A DNA stretch of 64,000 nt from Zygnema circumcarinatum SAG 698-1b (Eukaryota; Plantae; Zygnematophyceae): NCBI GenBank assembly GCA_037447605.1, contig CM074805.1:3629361-3693360 (forward strand). The letters are read 5' to 3'. Below are positions 49,401 through 61,900 of this stretch, piece by piece; position 1 is the stretch's first letter; each line of letters starts with the position of its first letter. The notes beneath the pieces are model-generated. The model did no database searches. It worked only from the letters and a program-made list of their open reading frames with translations, and was not told where the DNA came from. Made by a program: the position numbers and the translations under genes.

Positions 49401-51548
49401 CATCTTCACGGAACCATATAGGACGAATTGGAAAAAGAACAGATGCTTCTTTCAGAAAGAGCATCACCGGATTTTGTTCTTTAATTCTTCAACTCTCAAT
49501 TGTAAGGAGCTGGAAGAAAATGACTTACCGCCATGAGCAAAAGCAGGCCAATTAAAGCACGATCTCGCAGTCCTTCCAGATCACTGAACAACACCTCCTG
49601 CAGCAGCCAACGGCAGGTAGTGCGTAGGAGCTGTCCCCCACTGGCCTTCCCGAAAAGGACCTTGCCATGGCGCCGTACCTGCAACCGAGACAAGCATCCC
49701 CTGCATTGAATAACAGAAATATTTGTACCCAAAGTTGCTGGGAGAAGAGCCTCCCACTCCGTTTCTGTGACGTGTATTTTGTTCTGCTGGCAAATTGAAA
49801 CAGCTTCCAGCTTCAATGGAGACATGCGGATGCAAATGCTTGACCTCCTTTATTGCCCCAGAGCATAGGTGAACAAGTGTTCGTCTCCAGCACCTTCCAA
49901 TCTAAATCTAAGACCTGAATTTTGCAATAGCGTGTATATGCCCAACAGAGACTCTGCAAGAGCATTGGTAGTTAAGTTGGTTGTGAAGAGGTAAGAAGGG
50001 TGGAACGACACTCACCAACTTGTCGAACAATGGAACAAAAAAAGACCACGCCGGCAGAGAGAGGGGAAGGCGATGGAATGCTGCAAACGGAGCCCATATG
50101 AATTCTTCCACAGTGGCACCATCTACCTCCTGTTGAGATCTTTGAATGGCGTCTGAGAGCAATTCTACAATGGCATGAACTGGTCGGACGCTCAAGGTGC
50201 CCGAAGCCCGCGGATGCATCTGAAACGAAGCACCCCGAACTCACTTTAGCATCCCACTCCACAACATGTCTTGCAGTAAACTTGGCTATACTTTACTAAC
50301 TTGTGCCGTGAACTGCTAGCTGTTTTGCTACCGGCATAAAAAAATGAGCTTGGAATCAGAGACAAGCATTTCCAAGACAGTGGCTTATGGTTAACTAAAA
50401 TCATGAGCACAGAAATCAGTAACCACAACGCAAATTCTCGAAGTCAGAAGTCCAGAGGCTTCAGAAAATTGGTTGTCAATCTCCTCTGAATTTCCAAAGG
50501 CCTCACAGCACCTCAGTTACAGAACAGTAAAAACTATATTGAAACCATAATGAGCCATGACAAGCATGATCCCACCTTAGACTGGAGGTACCAATAACGC
50601 AGGCAACCCTTTCACGATGTATTTGCACGGTAGGCGTATGCACTCACCAGTGAATGGTCCGAAAGCTGCTGTGCTAGGAAGTGGTACAGCTGTACCCATG
50701 CCTCCCCTCCAATAGACTCCGCTTCGCACGTCTCAACCTGGAGCTGCATCAAATTGAGTAGCACTTCCTGTTTCTCCTCCTCTGCCAGAAGTTGAGAAAG
50801 ACACCCTGCACCTGCCTCCTCTGCTGCATTCCCTTGCTGCTGATCGACTTCTGGAGCTCCAATGACGGAGCCTTGCCTTGACGGCGTAGCTTTTATGTTG
50901 AGTGCCATCTGGGAAATGGAAAAGTGAGAAACAATCATTACAACGTCTTGCAGAAAAGCATCATAGCGTGTCTGATGCTACTTGCCCTCGTCTCCATAAG
51001 AGCTAACCTGCCGATTAGTAGTAAAGAAACATTACAAACTATGTCGAAATATTTGTACGACGACGGTCTTTGCAGAGTGAATAATAGCACTTGCGTGCTC
51101 CTCAGAAGTACATCATGTGATTCTGTTTCCAAAGTGTGAATCATCACCCTTGTTGATATCCTAAAGGACGAGAAAACCTCAGCATCGGCATCCCATATAC
51201 AACCAATTCTGATAGTTTCCAAGCCTTCAACTTACAGCACAGAAAAGCCGCCCAGTCACACAAGGCCCTCAGGCTTACCTCTAACACTCCTTCCGAACAG
51301 GCGTCCAAAACGCGTACCTATCGCCATCACAACCCCTCCATCCCCTCCCACCTTCGCCCCTTCCTACCTACTCCCCCTCATACCTATTTCCCTCTTCCTC
51401 CTCCCCTCCCGCTAATGCACTCCGATCCGCGCTCCCGGCGTTCCCGCGCTGCTGGGGATGCGCAGCAACAGGAGCAGGAGCAGGCAGAGGCGCAGCACGG
51501 CGGCGCGGCGCAGGGCGGCCCTTGCCCTGGCCCTGGCCCTGCCGCCAT
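43456..51548 (-). CDS. DOCK-family (SPIKE1-like) DHR2 protein, divergent and apparently N-terminally short
   Basis: Segments matching remembered SPK1 sequence in the correct order: LSLPAWSFFVPLFDKL, KARLRALL...LLRDYSLPEN...WRWEELK, VPDLRLHWLQQL...FAEAAQCRVAAAG, LLQRICP, YLQTAGELF, LVRCHRGLEQVY, FLVSFHGERFG..LDGKEFVYREP, FPGLLSRLPV...SPWELALEEV. The 5' end (ATG at 51548) and several exon borders are uncertain. Confidence 0.8.
46884..47159 (-). repeat. 36-bp coding minisatellite (about 7.7 units) encoding GNQLEGLLPSGR
   Basis: Unit ggcaaccaacttgagggactgctgccaagtgggaga, in frame within ORF 46166-47560. Confidence 0.95.
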
Positions 51549-52074
51549 TGAAGAGGGCCGTACGGCAGCAGGGCCGGTCGCGCCAGCCAGCCACCCAGCC
51601 TTACCCGCGGCTCGCCCGCCCGCCCGGCTGGCCCCGCCCCGGCCCGGGCCCGCCTGCTCTGCCTGCCTGCCCCGCCCGCCTGTCAGAGCGAGCCAGCCAG
51701 CCAGCCAGCCAGCCAGCCGACCGGGCCGGCCGCGGATCGCGCCGCTCCGGGATCGCCTCCGCTCCGCTCTTGGAAGCACCGCCAATGGCGGGGCGCCACG
51801 CCCACGCTTGTACGCACGTGGCGAGGAGCCATTGGGCGAGGTGAGGCTCGCCGCAACAAAGCGCCGCGCGGGAGGTGCTGGGGACGACGGCCCACGTGGC
51901 GCCGCGCTTGTCGGTCGCGGTCGCGGTCGAGGTCGAGGAGCTGCGGGAGGCAGGGCCGGGCCGGGCAGGCGGGATCTTTTGTGGCCCGCCCGCTCGCCGA
52001 CAGACAGACAGACAGACAGACAGACAGGCAGATAGATATTACTACAGTACGGTGAAGGTACCCGCGGAGGAGTA

Positions 52075-52504
52075 CAGTACCCCCCCTTAATATTTTCCAC
52101 CCTAGTACTTGCGTTACCCAAGGAATTCGCCCTGATTTTGAGGAAACCACTTTTAGTACGGTAAGTCTGTGTTAATGTATTTAGGGGTGTTAACCTAACC
52201 TGACCTATTTTTCAATACAAAATCTGCGGATTTCAAACATGGGTCACGCTATTCTGGTGTACGGTAAGTACGGACACGATCTCTATGTCTTACGGTTTAT
52301 GTACGGCACCAATAGGATCTCGCGACAGGGCCCGCCGGGCGGCCATGCGTCTCCGTACAGAGAGAAGCATTACGGCCGCAGCCCGGACTCTAACATAATA
52401 CCGCCCGCCAACTTGTTAACACGGAATCCCTTATATTTGCAAATTCCAAGATTTTCGCCCCATATTTGCCGAAACCATGGCGAAAATATTAGGGTGGTCT
52501 ACTG
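52075..52504. mobile_element. Tc1/mariner-type MITE (same family as 35431-36018, opposite orientation)
   Basis: TA|CAGTAC...TAATATTTT left end and AAAATATTAGGGTGGTCTACTG|TA right end. Internal modules are the reverse complement of those in 53386-53799. Confidence 0.75.
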
Positions 52505-52599
52505 TACCGTGCTGCCGTACAGGAAAGACATCTGCCGTTGGATTTTGCACAGGTCGGCTCAACAGCCATGGACAACCATGGACAACCATGGACAAAACC

Positions 52600-52900
52600 A
52601 TCACAGATCGGACCATTAGACAAACCAGTCGACTGGTTGGCAACCAGTGGTTGCGGACCGAAACAACCATTCGACTGGTTGCCAACCATTCGACTTGTTT
52701 GGAACCAGTGGATGCCACTGGTTGGCAACCAGTCGACTGGTTTGGAACCAGTGGATGCCACTGGTTGGCAACCATTCGACTGGTTGGCAACCAGTGCCGC
52801 CGGATCGAAACAACCATTCGACTGGTTGCGAACCAGTGGCGCAGGACTGAAACAACCATTCGACTGGTTCGGAACCAGTGATCCAATGGTTGGCAACCAT
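52600..52900. repeat. Array of short self-complementary motifs, left part
   Basis: Irregular repeats of TGGTTG(G/C)CAACCA, CAGTCGACTG and AACCATTCGACTGG. Confidence 0.85.
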
Positions 52901-53074
52901 TGAATTTCTGAAATTATGCCTTTTTGCAAAAATGGGTCGTTTGTGTTTTTTGGTTGGTTGCCAACCGTTGACAACTAGTGTAAAAAGCCTGATGCGTACA
53001 GATACGTACGGATTCGTACAGCAGAATCGTACGGTTGTACGGAGATTTTGTACGGCCGAACCGTAATAGTTTTC

Positions 53075-54110
53075 GGAAAATGATACAGCGGCCCCACCTC
53101 TTGGATATCGGTGCCCCCTTTTGGGAAAATTGTACTTTTTTTTTTTGGCTAATCACCCCCCCCCCTTGGAACTTTCGGGAGGAGAGATCTTGTAGACAAT
53201 CGGACCCCGCGCCTCGCGCGCAGGATCCGACCGTGCACCGACGTACGGCGCCGCGCATCGCGGCGTGGCCCGCGAGATGCGGCGAGCCTACGGAAAAGTT
53301 GTCCTCACCTGACCCGTTTGGGTCAAAGGTTGCCACGTGGCAGTCTGCCATTGGACAGCCCTGCTGCCGGTCCCCCATGCCGATACAGTGGACCCCCATA
53401 ATATTTTCGCCATGGCTTCGGCAAATACTGGGCGAAAATATTGTAATTTGCAAATATAAGGTCCGTGTTACCAATAGGCGAGCGGTATTATGTTAGAGTT
53501 CATGTCTGTTCGTATGTATCGTATCGTATCGTATCGTACCGTGATTTAGATACACGAGCTCCTATTGGTGCCGTACGTATATCGTACGACCAATAGATTT
53601 AATTCGTATTTACCGTACAGCGTAAAAGCGTGACCCATGTTTGAAATCCGTTTCGATTAACAAATTTTGTATTGGAGAATAGGTCAGGTTAGGTTAACAC
53701 CCCTAATACGTTAACATGGAGTTACCGTACAAAAAGGTGGTTTCGGCAAAATCGGGGCAAATTTCTTGGGGACGCACTGTACAAGGTGGGGGTCCACTGT
53801 ATCGGCATGGGGGACCGGCAGCAGGGCTGGCCAATGGCAGACTGCCACGTGGCAACCTCTGACCCAAACGGGTCAGGTTAGGACAACTTTTCCGTAGGCT
53901 CGCCGCATCTCGCGGGCCACGCCGCGATGCGCGGTGCCGTACGTCGGTGCACGGTCGGATCCTGCGCGCGAGGCGCGGGGTCCGATTGTCTACAAGATCT
54001 CTCCTCCCGAAAGATCCAAGGGGAGGGGTGATTAGCCAAAAAAAAAAAGTACAATTTTTCCCAAAAGGGGGCGCCGATATCCAAAAGGTGGGGCCGCTGT
54101 ATCATTTTCC
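53075..54110. mobile_element. Long-TIR foldback / MULE-like non-autonomous element
   Basis: Inverted arms 53075-53385 and 53800-54110 (311 bp each, few mismatches), termini GGAAAATG...CATTTTCC, flanked by the 8-bp direct repeat TAGTTTTC (53067-53074 and 54111-54118). Confidence 0.8.
53386..53799. mobile_element. Tc1/mariner-type MITE forming the entire spacer of the foldback element
   Basis: TA|CAGTGGACCCCCA...TGGGGGTCCACTG|TA. Shares the ataaggtccgtgttaccaataggcgagcgg and aaggtggtttcggcaaaatcgggg modules with the 35-kb copies. Confidence 0.8.
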
Positions 54111-54174
54111 TAGTTTTCTCCGAAACGCCGACGGCATTTTGGTAACTGTAGCGTTCAGTTCGCTACAACTAGTG

Positions 54175-54490
54175 ATTTAATGGTTGCCAACCATTTGATT
54201 TAATGGATATAACCATTCGACTGGTTGCCAACCAGTGGATCCACTGGTTGGCAACCAGTCGACTGATTGCCAACCAGTAGACGTCCAACCATTGCCATCC
54301 AATGGTTGTCCAATGGTTGTCCAATGGTTGCCGATCCACTGGTCCGAACTGTGAAAACCATGGACGGCAATGGTTGGACGTCCAATGCCTCGCAGCCATT
54401 GGTATCCAATGGTTGGAAACATCGCCAGTGGTTGCTCGGGTCGCGATTCGCAAATCAATGGTTCGCAACCATTGCCAACGGTTAATCCAA
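54175..54490. repeat. Array of short self-complementary motifs, right part
   Basis: Same motifs as 52600-52900 (TGGTTGCCAACCA, CCAATGGTTG, CAGTCGACTG). Confidence 0.85.
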
Positions 54491-55988
54491 TGGCCCGACT
54501 ACCGTGAGTCTGACATGCCCTATAGTGGGGATGGGGGCGTTGGATAGTGCGACTTACATGTTACAACTTTTGTTGCTTCTTGTGGTGCTTCAAAGTATAT
54601 AGTTTTGTGGAACCGCGATTCGTGTTCGCCCATATATGAAGGACTTCATTGCTATGACGACTTTGGAGGATAAAACGGTTTGAAATTGCCATCACGATGA
54701 TAAAGCCATCAAAGGTACATATGAAAAAACCTGAAAGGGTAACAATTGACCATAAGATGAAAAAAAATTGTAAGCGGGACGCTAATACTGGGCCTAACGA
54801 CACGCTTTACGGTCCCCAACGTAGGCCAATCGCACTAAAGTGGGGCATGTCAGCGAACCAATACTGTACGACTGCAGAGAAACGTGGCCGATATAAAAGC
54901 GTCGGCGTAACCGGAGAAGGGTACTCGTGAGTGGTCAATGCCAGTCCTTTTCCCTCGTACGAGAATGAAAGTGCCACCCACTCGTGGTTTGAGGCGGCCG
55001 CGCGTGGTTTTCTGCAACAACGTGCATGCGACATCACGCGCGCGTTGTTGCCGTTGTTGCGCGTGGGGGTGCTCGCCTGGGGGTGCTTGCGTCACGTGAC
55101 GGTCGAGGCGCATGGACTGGAACTGGTGCCGGCACTGCAGTTACCGCCGGTCACCCCGTCGCCGCAAGCGACAAAAAGTTGACAGTCACAGAGACACCTC
55201 CCGACCGGCTTGCAAGTTGCAGGTCCTGCAAACGCTTGAAGCCAGCCGGCGTCTGCAAGCAAAGTGCCGAGCAGACCAGGGCAGAGCGGAGCAGAGCGCT
55301 AAGCAGGCTGAGATTCAGGGCTCCAGCTCGGCTCGTGGCAGACCTCGTCCTGGCGGTGCAGGCAGGCCTCGAGGCGGTAGTTACGGCTGAAAGAACATTG
55401 GAAGAGTGTGTATTCTTCGGGACGACGGGAAGGCTAACACACTTTACAGGCAGTGTTCAACTGTGGATGCTGACTAGAGGTTGTTTAATATAACAGGCTT
55501 GCAAGGACATAAATGGTCTATTCTGAATACATGCTTGCAAGAAATATCTTATTTCAGCATTGTTCGTGGACGCAGGAAGCCCGCCATTTTCACGGAAAAG
55601 CAAAGAGCTTTCCCATACCGGTCCAACCTGCAGTGCAAGAGAATTAATACTATCTTGTGACGACTGCCACACATCAAAGGGACAGCATATCAACGTTTCG
55701 AACGTGCCATCCGAGCTCATAGTACATCTGCACCAATCAGAATGGATCGATCGCTTCAGCTTGGCGTACTTGCATAGTGAGCCGCGGCAATGATTTGCAG
55801 CTTATTCTGGCATTGCCAATACATTATCTGATGCACATGTTGTTGCTCTTTTCTCACTTGGAAACGAATCGCTGATTATTATTTCCGGTGGTTTCGTGCT
55901 TGGTGTTTTGGTCAGTACTGGCTTCCTGATGCATGTGCTGAAGAGAAACGGATATTGTGGGCTCTTGGGATAAAGAGTGTACATAATT

Positions 55989-58900
55989 ATGTCGTGGTGG
56001 CTATCGTCGTGGAAGAATCCTGCAAAACCGCGTGTACTTACTGCAACAGAAACTGTTGCTGCTGAAGCATTGGCAGCAACCCGGATTATGGGAGGACCAC
56101 TAAGTAAGCAACAGTCTAAGGTAATTCTGATCAGTTTGATCGTCGCTGGCCTTCCGGTTTCATTTTATTGCATGATTTTCGGGTAACGTTGGGGACCCTC
56201 TATTGGTACACTGCCTGCTAGAAGGGAGGACAATGAGTCGCTTCGCATCGAACTAGCGCAACTAACCAGGTATAGGGAAGTATTGAGAAGGCAATGCGGT
56301 CTCCATTGTGCTTCGTTCATTTCAAGTGTAATGCCACTGCTGTTGTACTTTGTTAAGGTAACAATATTTTTTTGAAAAGACGCAATTGTTTTGGAAGCCA
56401 TATTGAACCTTCAGCCGGACACCCAATCTTTATGTGTTTCTTCAGATTAAGGACGGGCTAAATAGGCTACATTCTCCTATATGTCATCCCGACGATTCGA
56501 ATGGAGTTGTTTCACAGGCGTATTTAAACGTTAACAACATGACTGGCTTAAAAGAAGATCAGCAAGATGAGGGCTTGACAGAAACGTTCGAAGCGACATC
56601 GACACAAAGACAAGCTCTTTTAAATCCAATAGAAGCAAGACCTGAATCGGAGCAAACACCAGGGAATTGTCGGGAACCAGTCGACGAGGAAACTCGTACT
56701 GATGCTGACGAAGGTATGTCGTCGGCAATCTGCGTCCGGCGAAACATTTAAGGACGAGAAAGTGTTCACGATAGCAGTGACTCCCGCGAGTTACCTTAAT
56801 ATGCCTGGCATCTGGACCATGCAGGTGACAGTGAACCTTTCTGCATGAACTCCTGCCAATTGCACGAGATTGACAACAGCAGTCATACAGTTGGATCTTC
56901 GATACTCAAAGCAACTACTGACTGTACAAGAACAATCTTTTCCACCAACAGAAGTGAGGATTCGGAGTATGCTCAATATAACGAAGGCATCGCTGAACTA
57001 AATGAACCAAAGGTAAGCTCCTCCCGCCGATGAATGCAAAAGCGCCAGGTTGTATTGGAACACTTGAAATACCCTAAGGCATCATTTCATTACGTTATGT
57101 GCGGTTGATGCCCTTTCAACTCATACACTATTTTCCCTGATGTTTATTATTATTACCAAGAACAATTTATGAGCTCGCCTTTTCAGAGCACTCGTCCCAA
57201 TGTCTGTTGCTGCAGTCTAATGCACAATGTGATGTAATGTCTAATGTCTGATGCGACATACAGAGATGTACACCACACGAGTGGAGTGATCGTTGCGAAA
57301 AAAAAAACGACTGTGAAGAGACGTCCAGCCTTCCTGAAGTGGATTTGAAGCAAATACGTGTAAACGACTCCCAAGTTTATCGGACCTGTTTTTCTCCACA
57401 AGTGAACGACGAGGGTGCTAGTGAATTTGAAACTTATAAAGCTGATGCTGAACTGAGAAGTTCCCAAAAAAAGCCCCCGACAGCACCATCAAAAGCGTCG
57501 AACTTCAGACACTGTGGAAAAGGTGCATCATCCACTTTACAATCACACCCATCCACGCATCATATTGGGATTTTTTTGAGAGTCTCTTATCGATCTGATT
57601 TGCTGCTGACATACTAAGAGATTTTGTGGTAAGTGATCCTGCTCCTTCTGTACAGGTGGTGACGGAATGTCGAACCCTGATTTTGAAGTTCACCAGTTAG
57701 TCATTCCAATTGAATACAGATCGCAGGGCGTATGTTGCAAGATGGGAAGTAAATGTTCAGGAGAAGGTGATAGAAACGACATCAGAACAACAGAACAGAG
57801 GAGCAAGTACAGGAGCGGTTTCACTCATGAGAGAACAAAGGTGAGATGTTTTGACATTACCTGGAATTCAAATGACTAGGTGGAGACTAGCAAAGCTTAT
57901 GCCAGTGGCACATAAGCCACAAAAAAATGTCTTGCCTTTAGCTAACAGTGACATTAGGTAGAAAGAAAAGAAAAAAAGTTGGCTTCCGGCCGCCAGACTT
58001 GGAGGAAGTAAACTGTCTCTGTAAAGTGTTTGGTCACATAGGAAGGCACTCGCCCAGAATTCGAGAGGGCTTTATTGGTACAGCATACCCAGTTGTGCAT
58101 GCGTGTACGCGCGTGCATGTTCATGGGTGCGGCATGCATTTACATTTTCGATTAATCAGGGCACATTCAACTTATGAATGCTTCAATAATATATCAATAA
58201 AGTTTGAATTTGCTATGCATTACGCGACTCGTGCTAGTTTTTATTTTTCCATTAACCTCATGAACCTTTTGCCGTTCAACAGAGAGAAATTTCCATCGGT
58301 ATGCACTCAGTGGAGGTCATGGAAGTATCCTGCCAATGTCAGATTGAAGCATTGCTGCTAGCAGAAAAGAAGAAGCCATTGTTGGACTCGGACGTCTGTG
58401 ACTCACTCCGAATAGATGAGCTGACTGACAAAGTTATGCTCCAGCGTGATTCAGAAATCGACAATACCAGCCCAAGCTCCCCTCTTACTGCTGTGCAATT
58501 CCATTTTCCATCAGTCGAAGGATGCGTGGCAGAAGGTGTTCCCCATTCCTCTCACCAGGAGGAGCAAGGATTAGGATCGACAGCAATGGACCTGCACGAT
58601 CCGGCAAATGCGCATGGGCCTCATTCTATCTTGCAGTCATCTAACGATTTTAGAACTGCAGTATTACTTCCTGGAGAACAAGAACCAATGGCGTGTGAGC
58701 ACGAGGAAGCAAGAGCAATAGCGCCCGAGTTTGAGAGGGACCAGGTTGAGAAATGCAACTCTGATATGGGACTAAGTCAGCTAGGCGTGGACTTTAGTGG
58801 CCTCCAGACACAAAGCAGCAGGGCAGGAAAAAAACAGTCTAACGGCCGACCTAGTTGTGTCCTTTCTGCTGCTGAGGAGAAGTCTTCTGACGATGCTGGT

Positions 58901-61900
58901 GATAAAAGAGAAACAATGACTGTGACGCAATTACAACTAGAGGATGGTGAAACGAACATCGTTTTCTGTGCATCCCAGGATGAAACGGAAACGGCTTTCC
59001 TGTTTGGTGAGCAAATGCCCGCAGAGTGCCAAACACAGCCAGATCTCAGGAGCGAATGGGAAAATGGTGATGAGAAGCATGGAGGCTTACAGAACTTAAA
59101 TGCGCACTACGAGTCCAAGAACGGCGACTTCAAAAGTGCTGGACAGTTGTTGTGGGAAGAACTGATGGAGTCTCAGAAAGTAGAGGAAGGGCAGAGTTTA
59201 TTGAGTCGTCAAGGAGGAAAGCAACCTACAGATCCCCGCATGCAGCCTACCATAAAAAAAGCGGAAGGATGTAATGAACGGCCATTCACATCTGCTTCAG
59301 ACTCCACGAGGATAACTCCTGTCTCAGGAAAAATTGCAATAAATTTCTCACAAGAGCTATTCGACCAGGAAAACAAAGACACGAAGCAAGATCGGATACC
59401 ATGCTGCTCGAAGATTCGAACATCACCAGTATCGAAGCACATGACGGAAACTGCCAACGGTTCAAAGGATGATGAAGGTAACCACAGGCATAGGAGCACA
59501 CGTATGGAGTCATTGCAAGGGATTCAAATTCATGGTACTCAAGGAGGTCGACTCGACCTAGACACAACTACGAGCAAAGGAAGCAGGAGTGTTGGTGTCT
59601 CTGAACCCGAGCTTAATACTGTGGGGCTATATGCAAAGCACGGAATTGACATAGTAAACGACGGTAAGCCGTCCATGTTATCTCTAGCGGCCGCTTCTCA
59701 ACCAGAAAAGGCATTGAGTGACATCACAAGGGAAGGCATCTTCCACGACAGTCAAGGGGATGGAGTAGACATAATTTTACCCGAGTTGAAAGTGGATAGT
59801 GCACATATCAGAGAAGGTATTTCGGCAGAGTTGTCCCGACAAGGAGTACAGGAAACAAAGGCGGATAACCAGAGAACTAGCGGTTGCCATGGCAACAACA
59901 ACTCCCAGACTGCACAGCATGACTCCCATGGGATAGTCAAGCGAACGACGACGAACACAAGTTGCAAACCAGAGCATGTACATGATACCCTTAGAAAAGA
60001 AAACAAAAAACCACTGAGAGAGCCAGAATCTTCCGAGATATCTCGAGTTCCTGAAGGAGAAATGTATGGTGTGACTCAGGACCTAAACGCTGATAAAGGT
60101 ATTTTTCCTTATCGACTAGCTCATCCAGAATTAGGTCCCGAATTTTTCTCAAAGCACACGAACATCCCAAGGTCCATCTTCGAAGATGCTGAAGTTGGAG
60201 AGATGCTAGTTCTAGAAGAACCTTTAAAGGTTTTGGAATTCGAATCTACGAACCAGACACCCATGGACCCAGCTAAAGTGGAGGTCACAAGGGCTGATGG
60301 ATTCGAGACGAGTGTGCGATCTTCTACCTTGGTGTTCCTGTTGCAGCAGGAGCTGAGTGAACGAACAACATTACCGAGGTTGCTGTCGAGAAACAATATG
60401 CCTAAAGGCATTACAGAAGACATGAAGGTGGTTATTGAAACTTTTCCTGAGGAGGAAGCGAGACTTCAAGACCTAGATGTCCAATGGAAGCCAGAAAGCC
60501 CCTTAGAGACATGTCAGAAGTTCGTGCAAACAACTGGTGTGTCTGAATGTCAAGCCTCCAATCATTATGAGCAGCTGGCTTCACAACAGCCTTGTGAGGT
60601 GACGACCTGGGTAATTGATTCCGACCATGAGACATTGGAAGATTTACAATTCGTGAAACCCATCCACAAAAGAGAATCACCAATTTCATTCAACTGCCCT
60701 GTCTGCAATGTCTGTAAGGAGAACGGAGGGGGCCGGCTGCTGATCAGCTGTGACAGATGTCCTGCAATGTGTCACATGGACTGCGTTCGTATGACTCTTA
60801 TCGAGGCTTTCGACTTAGGTTGGGTTTGCGATGAATGCACGGGGCGAAGTTGTCAGGTACGGTGCCGAACGACTTAGTTCTGCGCTCACCATATTCATAA
60901 AGCACCACTCCGTTTTCAACCGTTTCTTATGTGTATCTGGGCTGGGAGCATCACTGGGCAGGCATTGAAGAAAACGACCGAGCAGTCCTGCAGCCTTGGG
61001 CTGAAGGCCTCTGAAGATATCACGAAGCCCATACCTTTGGACGTCATTGGATCCTCTGTTCCTGAAGTGCAAACGTCAAAACTTGAAGCGAGCTCAAAGA
61101 AAATCACCTCCAGAAAACGGCATGTGCCAATCATGCTAGCCGAGAAAGACTTCACAATTAGAGGAACAGAAAATCCCACAGTCGATTCATTTGGTGAAAA
61201 AGCCCAGAGAAACATTAATCAAGTTCAAATGCAGGGGATTCTGCAAGAAAGGGAACCAACCAGGCTGAGTCTCTGGTCACGGGAGAGTTTGGAACAGCGA
61301 ACCAGTCATTCGAACGAAATGCCAAAGAGTTTGGAAGTGGAAGCAAACGATGAGAGTGTTGCTCTCAAGGAGGAAAGCCAATGCACTTGTGAACAACATG
61401 ACGTTACAGGGGGCAGGAGACAACGCAAGATGAGAAGTTCAATCAGAAGTCAAAGGCTCGGAACAGGTGTTAAGAGAATTGCAGGTTTAACAAGTAAGGA
61501 TTACGGTAATTTAGAGAGAAATCAAAGACGGCAAGTAGATAGGGTCCATGTGCGAAAGACCGAAGACGAAAGGAGATCTGGATTCAATACATCTCTTACA
61601 GAAGAACTTTCTGCGAACGAGGAAAAGCAGAGGACAAAACAAGGTTCTCATTACTCCCAGAGGGATCAGGCAGCAGGGAACAGTGACAGGATTAAAGGCA
61701 ATAGGGCCGAACGTTCACCAAGGACACAGAAGAAACGCAAAATTTTCCCGGAGGAGACCACTCTGAGAAGCACACTGTCAGTAGGCTTGGACCGAGAAGA
61801 ATCTCAAGAGGATTTGGAGGAACGAACGCGAGGAGCTTCCAAACGAAGCAAGAGATCTCAGAAGCCTCGAGATGATCTACTTGCTCACAAATTTACGGTG

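Noticed and set aside
52600-54490. CRISPR-like array
   Set aside because: No constant repeat with unique spacers of regular length, no cas genes, and a eukaryotic context.
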